IMG/VR virus record: IMGVR_UViG_3300005829_000002
Location: 1-58,479 of that record
Source of the DNA: a virus
Strand: one strand, 5' to 3'
Length of the DNA: 58,479 bases
Shown: positions 44,787 to 52,798 of the stretch, in pieces
Layout of the letters: each line of letters opens with the position of its first letter
Numbering within the stretch: the first letter of the stretch is position 1
Notes under the pieces: generated by a model
Databases searched by the model: none
Told to the model about the DNA's origin: nothing
Seen by the model: the letters and a program-made list of their open reading frames with translations, nothing else
Position numbers and translations under genes: made by a program

Positions 44787-45821
44787 TCAAGAAACTACCA
44801 ATATTTCTCTTAATAAAGATTCCTTTTCTTCCGGCGCAAGATCGCAACTGTAATCATTTACAGCTTTCAATGCCTCATTAAATGGCATTGCCTTTAAAAA
44901 AAGCGCTTGATAATTTGGCGGGAAGTTTTTCCAATGCAATATTCTGAACTGATTATCACACGTAGCAAACTGCATAAGATAATCAAGTGTACGGGTGCAA
45001 AATTCTTTAATGAATTTTTTGATAAAGTCTTTTATTGTATCATCCCAATTGCGTGGCTCAATATTAATTAGGCAGCGTCCCAACTGCTGTATTTGCGATT
45101 TATTGATATTTTTATTATGCATAGGCAGCGCAAATAGATACCTATAATTACCGCGTTGATTTTTAATGGTGGTTAACAATGTATCGAAAATATCATCTTC
45201 TAATATAAATTGGCTACGCATTATTAAATCATGGGGTGCATTGTTTTCGCCAGCCCCATATTGCACCCAGTATTGCCCAATACCAAAAATACATGAATTG
45301 GTATTATGCTTAGGCTCCTTCGCATATGACATTATTTTTTCTCTTCCCCAATCATATGGCATTCTGAACGCCATAATAAAACTTATATCACCGTTGCTTT
45401 CATCGTATAAAATCCGCAGTAAATCACATACCTGTTTTTTAGAATTGTAATAGTTAACTGCAAGGTGTGTACGCAAATTGCCATCGCCTCTGTTGCAATA
45501 CCATCCACCCTGCTCTTGCTTTACGCCATAAAACATGTTAAGTACTTCACTAATAAACTTGTATTGATTCTTTGCTTTACTATCATACCAACCCCCGCTA
45601 TCCGCTTCGGATTGTTTAATGGAAGCGTAGGTATTCCGGATAGTATTTAATAACGATAACACATTTTTGTAGCCCTTGTTTTCTTTTTCTAATTCAGAAA
45701 TTCGCTCCTGCTGAGAATGGACGGCATTTTCCAGTGATTCAATGTGAGATTCAAGCAATTGTACTTTTTCTGAAATAGCCTGGGAGGCAACCTCGTTGAG
45801 GTCAATGTTTAATAATTCCAT
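44787..45821 (-). CDS. 344-aa protein: N-terminal coiled coil plus an unknown globular domain (moron)
   Basis: ATG at 45821 (MELLNIDLNEVASQ...). The N-terminal extension in the track overlaps a terminator and so is unlikely. Confidence 0.6.
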   Translation of the reverse strand: MELLNIDLNEVASQAISEKVQLLESHIESLENAVHSQQERISELEKENKGYKNVLSLLNTIRNTYASIKQSEADSGGWYDSKAKNQYKFISEVLNMFYGVKQEQGGWYCNRGDGNLRTHLAVNYYNSKKQVCDLLRILYDESNGDISFIMAFRMPYDWGREKIMSYAKEPKHNTNSCIFGIGQYWVQYGAGENNAPHDLIMRSQFILEDDIFDTLLTTIKNQRGNYRYLFALPMHNKNINKSQIQQLGRCLINIEPRNWDDTIKDFIKKFIKEFCTRTLDYLMQFATCDNQFRILHWKNFPPNYQALFLKAMPFNEALKAVNDYSCDLAPEEKESLLREILVVS

Positions 45822-45869
45822 GTTTGATAAGTTTTTGATGAACTGGAAAGATAATATATTTTTTAATAT

Positions 45870-45907
45870 AAAAAAAGCCGGTTCGCTCCAGAGGGAGGCG
45901 CCCCGGC
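45870..45907 (-). terminator. terminator of the lipoprotein gene
   Basis: GCCGG (45877-81) / CCGGC (45903-07) with an inner CGCTCC/GGAGGCG stem. T7 on the minus strand. Confidence 0.55.
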
Positions 45908-45923
45908 GTAGCCGACAGAACAA

Positions 45924-46136
45924 TTATCTTATAGTATCTATTCGATTTTCTATACACCTCCAAAAGACTACCGGCCCCATATTGGTGTTATAACTTACCC
46001 ACTCACCTTTCACGCAACTAAACCGTAACGTATACGCTGGAGCGGGCGGTTGAACCGGTGGCGCTGGCTTATCTACGTTCTTTTTGCACGCTGCAATAAA
46101 AGAGATAACCAATAGTGTAGTACCTAATTTTTTCAT
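45924..46136 (-). CDS. small lipoprotein
   Basis: MKKLGTTLLVISFIAACKKN: signal peptide plus lipobox. Pro-rich linker. Confidence 0.55.
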   Translation of the reverse strand: MKKLGTTLLVISFIAACKKNVDKPAPPVQPPAPAYTLRFSCVKGEWVSYNTNMGPVVFWRCIENRIDTIR

Positions 46137-46383
46137 TATCTTATTTTAACGATTAAACAATATTGTTAGTAAACATTACCCTTAGACTAATTGGGTATAT
46201 TTATAAGCTAAATTGTTTTTTGTCATTTAATACAATTTTAATTTTTTGATATAAATCAAATTATGTAAATTCAACATCCCGTCCTTACGATTGCAAAAAT
46301 GGTTCTGAATAGCACTAACCATATTCCTTAACGCCTAACAGTAACTGCCATGATTCCAATCATAAAAATTGGAGCGGTATGCG

Positions 46384-46845
46384 CTATTTGTGCACACCGT
46401 CTTTCCTGCCCATTTGAATTGTACTTAACCTCTCCGCAAGTTGTAATGCTAATTTGTCCGCTGCTTCGGAAAGCGAACCTACTGGGTTTTTCTCAAGCCT
46501 ATCGAGAGCCCCCATTATTGTTTCGTTCCCCGCAGATTGACCCGTTAGTATTGAAATCGTATACCCCTGAAGCTCTATTAAACTAGCCAGGATTTCATCT
46601 AACTTATTTTTTGATGTATTGTCTGTTGTTTTTTGTTGCTCCGCTTTTACCTCCAGAAAATATGCCGGGAATTGTTTCGTGAACTTCCCAATATAAGCAG
46701 GCGATACTGGCTTAATCTTCTTATTATTAATAAATGAGCTTAAGTAACTACGGTTTATTTCAACCTTTGCGGCGATTTCCGTAAGATCAATTCCTTCCCT
46801 CCTCTGAATCTCTTGAATAATATTTTTCAGTTCCCGGTTATTCAT
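46384..46845 (-). CDS. CI-like repressor (HTH)
   Basis: GIDLTEIAAKVEINRSYLSSFINNKK HTH. Divergent from the cro-like gene. Confidence 0.6.
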   Translation of the reverse strand: MNNRELKNIIQEIQRREGIDLTEIAAKVEINRSYLSSFINNKKIKPVSPAYIGKFTKQFPAYFLEVKAEQQKTTDNTSKNKLDEILASLIELQGYTISILTGQSAGNETIMGALDRLEKNPVGSLSEAADKLALQLAERLSTIQMGRKDGVHK

Positions 46846-46920
46846 TAGAAATTATTCAATGTTGGTTTTCGTTTGTTGAATATTTATTAAATCTGTTAGG
46901 TATTGTTGTTTTGTGTTGTT

Positions 46921-46958
46921 ATTCGTTGTATGTTTGTTATGTCAACAACACAACGAAT
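46921..46958. promoter_or_regulatory. 9-bp inverted repeat ATTCGTTGT / ACAACGAAT (operator candidate)
   Basis: 46921-29 and 46950-58, with a 20-nt spacer covering the rightward -7 box. Confidence 0.45.
46929..46936 (+). promoter_or_regulatory. Bacteroidota-type -7 box TATGTTTG (rightward)
   Basis: Matches TAnnTTTG, 28 nt upstream of the ATG at 46964. Confidence 0.4.
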
Positions 46959-46963
46959 ATACA

Positions 46964-47188
46964 ATGAAACTTTCAAACATAGCATTAGAGCGGATATCAG
47001 ACAGGAAGGTGCTTTTGCAGATAGCTCTTTCGCTTGATTTTTCTGAACAATGGATGCGGCGAGTAATCGAAAATAACAAGGACAATGGCCCATTGACCAC
47101 AGCTTTGGCATTGCGGGTTATTCGCGAAGAAACTGGACTTACTGACGAGCAGATACTGGAAGAAGAAAAACAGACAGCAGCAAAATAG
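46964..47188 (+). CDS. cro-like early regulator candidate
   Basis: ATG at 46964 (MKLSNIALERISDRKVLLQIALSL...). First rightward gene. Confidence 0.45.
   Translation: MKLSNIALERISDRKVLLQIALSLDFSEQWMRRVIENNKDNGPLTTALALRVIREETGLTDEQILEEEKQTAAK
46974..46981 (-). promoter_or_regulatory. identical TATGTTTG box on the minus strand (leftward)
   Basis: Plus-strand CAAACATA. It would fire toward the repressor gene. Confidence 0.3.
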
Positions 47189-47356
47189 TCGCACAAAAAA
47201 CGAAATGTTACGCACCGGTGCAAGCCCGTCCAATCCTTTTAACAACCCTTTAAATATCGTACCCATGTTAGAATTAATAATTGTAATCGCAGTAACAACC
47301 GCCGTTTCAGTGACAGTAGGCGAGATCTGGTATAGAAAACAAGTAAAGAAAATAGA

Positions 47357-47575
47357 ATGTACAAATACGTATACATCCACGATTTGATCAAGACCTCCGA
47401 AGCGGCTATAACGACGCCGATAAACAGGTACGGGATAAGTGTATATGTCGAAGGTGATCCGGATGGCGTTGGCCTTGATATTTACATCGATCCCGCCGAC
47501 GCAAAAGGAATTGAGTTATTCCGTGAGTTCGCAAAACAAATGGCTGAGCATTATAAATCGCTGAGCAATGGATAG
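47357..47575 (+). CDS. hypothetical protein
   Basis: 72-aa ORF. Confidence 0.4.
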   Translation: MYKYVYIHDLIKTSEAAITTPINRYGISVYVEGDPDGVGLDIYIDPADAKGIELFREFAKQMAEHYKSLSNG

Positions 47576-47813
47576 CGAGATAAAACGCGAGTTCGACAAG
47601 CTGCACAAAGAGATAAAGGCCCTTGCAGGTCATCAAAAAAGTACCTGGGTGAGCGCGTCATGGCTGATGGAGATCACTGGATGGTCTAAAAGAAAATTGC
47701 AGTCGGCACGCGAACAGGGCATCGTAGAGCATAAGAAAAGTAATGGCGGCGGCATGTTGTACAAACTAGAATCATTACCCGAAATATTCATAAAACAAAA
47801 ACAAGCATCATGA
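47568..47813 (+). CDS. hypothetical DNA-binding-like protein
   Basis: WVSASWLMEITGWSKRKLQSAREQGIVEHKK looks HTH-like. Confidence 0.4.
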   Translation: MDSEIKREFDKLHKEIKALAGHQKSTWVSASWLMEITGWSKRKLQSAREQGIVEHKKSNGGGMLYKLESLPEIFIKQKQAS

Positions 47814-47886
47814 AAAAGTTCTACCCTCAGACCATCGGCATACTATTCGTAGCCGCTATTTATTTAATCAATTATATCTGTCAGTA

Positions 47887-48282
47887 ATGAGTACTACACA
47901 ATTTATATCGGCTGCATTATACGCCTATGACGATTCGCATATTAATGATTGCGGCAAAAGAATTGGTGTAATTCGTATTGTCGATACGCCAGAACCACCT
48001 GCCGATAAATGGATTGCGGAGGTATACCCATATGGCGAAGGATCGGGCAGGTTCCCGGAACATTCCGAAGCTGTTGCGTATGCGAAGTTATTCGCAGCAG
48101 CACCCGATATGTTAAAGGCTATTGAGCTTGCAATTAATATTAAAGACCTGTGGATGCCGGTAAATGATGTTTCAGTTCAGCATGAAGGTGAAGCCCAGGC
48201 GCTACAATCAATGCATGATACATTGAAAGCCGCTTACCTAAAAGCCACCGGCGAACTGGATGTCAAACAAATAAAAACCTAA
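47887..48282 (+). CDS. hypothetical protein
   Basis: 131-aa ORF. Confidence 0.5.
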   Translation: MSTTQFISAALYAYDDSHINDCGKRIGVIRIVDTPEPPADKWIAEVYPYGEGSGRFPEHSEAVAYAKLFAAAPDMLKAIELAINIKDLWMPVNDVSVQHEGEAQALQSMHDTLKAAYLKATGELDVKQIKT

Positions 48283-48285
48283 CCC

Positions 48286-48489
48286 ATGCTCACCAATTTC
48301 ACCTCCCACGATCCCGCCGAACGCATAGAGGCTCACAACGCCTGGAAGGCATATAAGCAGCATACAACAGGAAGCATGCAAGCTATAGAGGACAAGGCGA
48401 TAGCGGCGTATCACCAGGTATACGAGCTGACAGGGTGCGAGAAAAGGGCGGCTGAAGTATTTTTTTCATTCTTTAATAAAAAGTCATGA
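48286..48489 (+). CDS. hypothetical protein
   Basis: 67-aa ORF. Confidence 0.45.
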   Translation: MLTNFTSHDPAERIEAHNAWKAYKQHTTGSMQAIEDKAIAAYHQVYELTGCEKRAAEVFFSFFNKKS

Positions 48490-48722
48490 CAGCGCAGGAA
48501 GCAAGAAATTCGGCAGATAACATTAATACGACACATAACGATTCCCAATACGAGACCATTATTAAAATGGTCAAACAGGCAGCCCTAAAAGGAGAGTATA
48601 GCGTATGGATCTATAATGCTTCAATTAAGGATTCGGTAAGGGCCTTATTGATCAAAGATGGCTACAAAGTAGGGCCAACCCAATCTGATCGTGGAGAAAC
48701 ATTAACCAAAATAACCTGGTAA
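48486..48722 (+). CDS. hypothetical protein
   Basis: 78-aa ORF with an ATGA overlap. Confidence 0.5.
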   Translation: MTAQEARNSADNINTTHNDSQYETIIKMVKQAALKGEYSVWIYNASIKDSVRALLIKDGYKVGPTQSDRGETLTKITW

Positions 48723-49006
48723 TGACACCCCAAAAACAGATCTACGCCTTCCGCATCCCGGACAATTTGTTTCTGCCGCATAAGGTGATCAGTCCCTTCT
48801 ATGCGAAGGTGATCTACACTATCGAAAAAGGTGATATTAATATCGAAGAAGTTGGGCTATCGCTTAAATGCCTGAAGTATATAAACGACAAGGGGGCATT
48901 AGCAATCAAGATCGAAAATGAGCTGAATGACAAAGTGAAGCATGCTATCAACCTGCGCAATATCAACAAGACTATAGCGAGCGCATTAGCGCCGCATGTA
49001 ACATAA
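48722..49006 (+). CDS. hypothetical protein
   Basis: 94-aa ORF. Confidence 0.5.
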   Translation: MTPQKQIYAFRIPDNLFLPHKVISPFYAKVIYTIEKGDINIEEVGLSLKCLKYINDKGALAIKIENELNDKVKHAINLRNINKTIASALAPHVT

Positions 49007-49069
49007 TTATGGAAGGATGGTGGCCGCAGTTTGCCGGAGTCTGCGGGATATAAATCAGAACCGGTTGAC

Positions 49070-49142
49070 GGGGCGCATGTTGACAAGGTGTCTGCCGTTA
49101 TTAAAGTAACGGAATGGCTCGGTTCGATTCCGGCGCGCTCCA
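49070..49142 (+). ncRNA. tRNA-like element (non-canonical cloverleaf)
   Basis: A 7-bp acceptor stem, GGGGCGC (49070-76) / GCGCTCC (49135-41), has G3:U70 and an A discriminator. T-loop TTCGATT. Anticodon stem CCGTT/AACGG with an 8-nt loop ATTAAAGT. D and T stems are weak. Confidence 0.25.
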
Positions 49143-49146
49143 CGAA

Positions 49147-49215
49147 TGCAGTTCAAATCTGCTCGCTCATCGAGGTTTTGGTAAGGAAAAGTTGGTTCAA
49201 ATCCAACACCCAGCA
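49147..49215 (+). other. two further T-arm-like hairpins
   Basis: GCAG-TTCAAAT-CTGC (49148-62) and GTTGG-TTCAAAT-CCAAC (49191-207). No matching 5' acceptor strand found. Confidence 0.4.
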
Positions 49216-49431
49216 ATGGGTACCTGATGGTTCAGGGGATGCGTTGCCGGACGTAAACCGGCCCCTTCGGGAAAATAAGCTCTTTTAATATACTAATACC
49301 AAAAGGAATAGGAGCGACCCTACGCTGGATGAACTTAACGGAGTAATTACCCGGCCGATGCATCGGTTTCATTAGTTCGGTGGAAAAAGTTGACAGCCGG
49401 GAAAGACCGGCACTTTAAAAATCCCCAACTC

Positions 49432-49614
49432 ATGGAACAAATTGACATTATTACTGTAGCGTTTCTTTTTTTAGGATTACTGGCGATTGCATTAGGAGTT
49501 ATATTCTTCATTGCATTCGCAAAAAGCGACGACATGCCGGACCTGACCGACGATATGCCAGGTCACTACGAGGACTACGAATTATCTAAATGCCCTTATG
49601 TTGAAATGATATGA
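49432..49614 (+). CDS. small single-TM protein
   Basis: MEQIDIITVAFLFLGLLAIALGVIFFIAFAKSDD... Confidence 0.4.
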   Translation: MEQIDIITVAFLFLGLLAIALGVIFFIAFAKSDDMPDLTDDMPGHYEDYELSKCPYVEMI

Positions 49615-49715
49615 CACAAGAAAAAATATACGGCGCTGTTATAGTCATGTTGTTGATAATCGCGGTTATCTGTTTTGGTTACGTATGGATAAAAAAAGAC
49701 AAGCATGATGACTAA
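49611..49715 (+). CDS. 34-aa single-TM micro-ORF
   Basis: MTQEKIYGAVIVMLLIIAVICFGYVWIKKDKHDD. ATGA overlap upstream. Confidence 0.35.
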   Translation: MTQEKIYGAVIVMLLIIAVICFGYVWIKKDKHDD

Positions 49716-49800
49716 GGAATTTATACAACATTTAATTGTTATCGCCGGTTTGCTGATACTCGGTTACTACCTGATCATATGGCGACCAAAACGGAATTGA
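49705..49800 (+). CDS. 31-aa single-TM micro-ORF
   Basis: MMTKEFIQHLIVIAGLLILGYYLIIWRPKRN. Overlaps the previous micro-ORF by 11 nt. Confidence 0.35.
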   Translation: MMTKEFIQHLIVIAGLLILGYYLIIWRPKRN

Positions 49801-50039
49801 TATGATCATTATACTTACCGCCCTTATGAATTACTTTATTATTCAAAGTAAATTCAACGACAGTGAACGAGCATATAACCGATTACGTAACAGAGATTGA
49901 CGACTTAGCAAGTCAACCAACGTATAAGCTGGTAGGGTTTATTATTACGATTTTATTAGGATCAGCATTGATATGGATAATTGATAAGATAAAGCTCTTT
50001 GACGGATGCAGATGATATTAATGCTTTAAAAAGCAAATT

Positions 50040-50294
50040 ATGATTACAATTCACAAATATCAATTCGAACTGGCTAGCGAATTTGAAATCGAGATGCCGG
50101 ATAAGGCTAGGGTTATTGATGTTCAGATGCAAAATGATATATGGACAATGTGGGCAATGGTGAATACTGAATGGCCTTTGATTAAACGAAAGTTCAAAGC
50201 ATATTGGACAGGCGAGGAGTTGAATGGTTTGGATTTATTCCGAACTCATATTGCTACAGTGCAGGATATATATGTCTGGCACATTTTCGAATAA
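50040..50294 (+). CDS. hypothetical protein
   Basis: 84-aa ORF. Confidence 0.55.
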   Translation: MITIHKYQFELASEFEIEMPDKARVIDVQMQNDIWTMWAMVNTEWPLIKRKFKAYWTGEELNGLDLFRTHIATVQDIYVWHIFE

Positions 50295-50310
50295 CGATTC
50301 AAATTAGTTT

Positions 50311-50655
50311 ATGACGGAAGAATCATATCAACAAGGCAGAAAGTTTATGCAATCGTGCAATCATGTACGTGGCCTTATTACAAAAGCCAAAGGTGAAGTT
50401 GCCAGGTGGACGAAGATTGAAGATAGCCACCGAAAGGAAATGAGGCCAGGTCAAGCAGATGGCGCGAATAAATGTTTACAAAGGGCGATGGCACGGCTTG
50501 AAGAATTACGGATCAAGTTTGATAATATGAAGTTTCCAGATAGCAATATAGTTGTTGTGAAAAAGGCAAATGTACAATGTGAGGGATGCGGACAGCCTAT
50601 AGCGATAGGAAATACTTATTGCGGCGAATGCTTGTGTGAGGATGATAGCGAGTAA
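50311..50655 (+). CDS. hypothetical protein with a C-terminal zinc ribbon
   Basis: CEGCGQPIAIGNTYCGECLC. Confidence 0.5.
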   Translation: MTEESYQQGRKFMQSCNHVRGLITKAKGEVARWTKIEDSHRKEMRPGQADGANKCLQRAMARLEELRIKFDNMKFPDSNIVVVKKANVQCEGCGQPIAIGNTYCGECLCEDDSE

Positions 50656-50688
50656 TTAGTAAACCAGCCCACAGGAGGGGCTTTAAAT

Positions 50689-50823
50689 ATGATAGATCCG
50701 AATACACCACAGGCACCAGCTAATCAGGAAGCAGCCAACGAGCAAGCCACTAACGAACAGGAAAGCGCAAGCCAGGATGCGGCAACAGGAGCAGACGGAG
50801 CTGAAGAAGTGACAGAAGGATAA
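50689..50823 (+). CDS. possible 44-aa acidic, low-complexity peptide
   Basis: MIDPNTPQAPANQEAANEQATNEQESASQDAATGADGAEEVTEG. Followed by a strong terminator. Confidence 0.25.
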   Translation: MIDPNTPQAPANQEAANEQATNEQESASQDAATGADGAEEVTEG

Positions 50824-50830
50824 GGATAAG

Positions 50831-50857
50831 GCCCCGGTGAGTGCCGGGGCTTCTTTT
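50831..50857 (+). terminator. intrinsic terminator
   Basis: GCCCCGG tgagtg CCGGGGC followed by TTCTTTT. Confidence 0.65.
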
Positions 50858-50891
50858 AAAACTACAATCACTACATAAACAGAGTAAAGTT

Positions 50892-51716
50892 ATGAGTATT
50901 TCAGAGATTGAAAAAATGATCCCGCAAAATGCGGTCGCCGAAAAGCTCAACCATGCTGTTGCTGCAGTTCTTGGAGCCGATGGGTTTTCGGGATTTCAAA
51001 AGGCGTATCTTATAGCAACTGCAGCCGGGGAATTAAAGAAACTATTGACCGCAGAATACATGAAGCCTATCATGGATTTGCAGGGCAATAAACTCGGGTT
51101 TAAAACCGACAAGGATACGGGCCAGGGCGGCGCCAAAGGCCCCGGCTATCCGGAAGAAGTTGTAAAGAACTGTCTTATTGAGGCGGTATTGACAGGCGTA
51201 CAGCCATTCGGTAATCAGTTCAATATTATTGCCGGTAATATGTACATCACTAAAGAGGGCTTTGGTTATCTGCTGGCCAACTACTCCGGGCTTTCGTACG
51301 AGATCATTCCAGCATTGCCCCGTATCAATGCCGACAAAAGCAGCGCCGCAATCGTGATGAAAATTAAATGGACGCTGAACAGCATTGAGAAAGAGCGTGA
51401 ATTGGAAATACCGGTGAAGATGAATTCATTCATGGGTACAGATGCGGTGATTGGTAAGGCAACCAGAAAGGCACGCGCCTGGTTATATAGTACTATTACC
51501 GGCTCTGAAATTCCCGAAGGAGATGCCGTTGATACGGATGCCGAAGTAATTGGCACGAAGTTCAACGAAGCTGTGACAATCGATGAACTTCAAACCATGT
51601 TCGACTTCAAAAAGAGCGTATTGACGAAAGAAGAATGTGACAACGCGCAGCGAGTTATTGACAATAAGGAAGTGGCATCATATCAAAAACTCTTTAAACT
51701 TCTCAACTCAAAATGA
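50892..51716 (+). CDS. single-strand annealing protein candidate (RecT/Red-beta-like)
   Basis: Paired with and overlapping a YqaJ-like exonuclease gene. The sequence itself is only weakly reminiscent of RecT. Confidence 0.45.
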   Translation: MSISEIEKMIPQNAVAEKLNHAVAAVLGADGFSGFQKAYLIATAAGELKKLLTAEYMKPIMDLQGNKLGFKTDKDTGQGGAKGPGYPEEVVKNCLIEAVLTGVQPFGNQFNIIAGNMYITKEGFGYLLANYSGLSYEIIPALPRINADKSSAAIVMKIKWTLNSIEKERELEIPVKMNSFMGTDAVIGKATRKARAWLYSTITGSEIPEGDAVDTDAEVIGTKFNEAVTIDELQTMFDFKKSVLTKEECDNAQRVIDNKEVASYQKLFKLLNSK

Positions 51717-52522
51717 TAAACAATACTGCCCGCATTGCCAATTTCACAAGCAGCGAAATTGTCGCGCTCACGAAAAAGGATAAAAAAGGAACAGGCTTCG
51801 GCGCTCCAGCTCTGACTTATATACAGGAAACCAACATGGAAAGGTTGCTGGGCCGGTCGTTAACAACCGAAATAGATGCCCGGCCGACCTCATGGGGAAA
51901 GCTACTCGAACCTCGGGTGTTCGATATACTGGGCCTGGAATATTCCTTAAGCAGCAAGGAAACAATTGTACATCCCACTATTCCAATATGGGCCGGTTCG
52001 CCTGATGGCAGCAAGGTAAATACCACGGCCGATTTTAAGGCGCCGTTGACATTGAAATCGTTCATTCAATTGGTGCAACCGTTGTATGAAGGCTTAACCG
52101 GCATGGAGGCAATGAACCGGGTTCGTGAAGATCATAAGGACGGCGAAAAATTCTACTGGCAAATCGTCTCTAATGCGATCTTGCAGGGCAACGACCTCGG
52201 AGAGCTTATTGTTTACTTGCCTTATTTCTCCGAACTGGAAGAAATCAGGATGATGGCCAGGCATCACGAACAGGCTGGTAAGTTCAAGTGGGTTGATTGG
52301 GCAAGCGATGACGAACTGCCGTACCTGATCGATGGAGGCTATTACAAGAACCTGAACACTATCCGGTTCGAAATTCCGAAGGCAGATAAGAAGTTCCTGA
52401 CCGATTGCGTGACGAAGGCTGGGGAAATGCTGCTGAAAGAGCCGGGCCGGGTTTTAATGGCCACCCACGACAAGGCAACCGGTGCTACCATTGTTGAAGA
52501 TGCAAATGCGTTAATTGTTTAA
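51713..52522 (+). CDS. YqaJ/lambda-Exo-like PD-(D/E)XK exonuclease
   Basis: FTSSEIVAL, WGKLLEPRV, AGSPDG, ADFKAP and YWQIVSNAIL blocks, in YqaJ order. Confidence 0.6.
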   Translation: MINNTARIANFTSSEIVALTKKDKKGTGFGAPALTYIQETNMERLLGRSLTTEIDARPTSWGKLLEPRVFDILGLEYSLSSKETIVHPTIPIWAGSPDGSKVNTTADFKAPLTLKSFIQLVQPLYEGLTGMEAMNRVREDHKDGEKFYWQIVSNAILQGNDLGELIVYLPYFSELEEIRMMARHHEQAGKFKWVDWASDDELPYLIDGGYYKNLNTIRFEIPKADKKFLTDCVTKAGEMLLKEPGRVLMATHDKATGATIVEDANALIV

Positions 52523-52540
52523 CCCATCAAAAAAAGTAAA

Positions 52541-52795
52541 ATGAAAATAGAATCATATAAAAGAGCCGAGGAATTATTGCCTTTAATCGACGCGGTAAAA
52601 GATAATATTAAAAGGTGGGAATCAGTAAGCCATTTTTATAGTTCATCAGAAATAAAATGCGGCTTTAATTCAGGAACAGGGAATTATTCATATGTAAGAC
52701 CTAAGCACATCCCCTTCGAGGTAGCAAAAGCTCTTTCCCTTGCCGGTTATAAAAAAGAACTCGAACAATTAGAAAATGAATTTAATTCTTTATAA
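52541..52795 (+). CDS. hypothetical protein
   Basis: 84-aa ORF. Confidence 0.45.
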   Translation: MKIESYKRAEELLPLIDAVKDNIKRWESVSHFYSSSEIKCGFNSGTGNYSYVRPKHIPFEVAKALSLAGYKKELEQLENEFNSL

Positions 52796-52798
52796 GCC

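Noticed and set aside
44787-45923. Full 378-aa version of the moron ORF starting at 45923.
   Set aside because: The first 34 codons overlap the lipoprotein gene's terminator hairpin and T-run. The ATG at 45821 (MELLNIDL) is the likelier start.
46896-47380. Minus-strand ORFs 46896..47111, 46942..47223 and 46997..47380, and the 46913 start of the cro-like gene.
   Set aside because: These are shadows of the rightward early genes and switch region. The first 17 codons of the 46913 ORF run through the promoter/operator sequence.
49147-49215. Second and third T-arm hairpins as parts of complete tRNA genes.
   Set aside because: I could not find a 5' acceptor strand complementary to CGCTCAT/TCGCTCA or ACCCAGC at tRNA distance. 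The first hairpin starts only 5 nt after the upstream element ends.
49031-49288. 85-aa + strand ORF and overlapping minus ORFs (48814..49143, 49347..49535) in the structured gap.
   Set aside because: The ORF spans the tRNA-like element and T-arm hairpins, its composition is not protein-like, and it has no coupled start.
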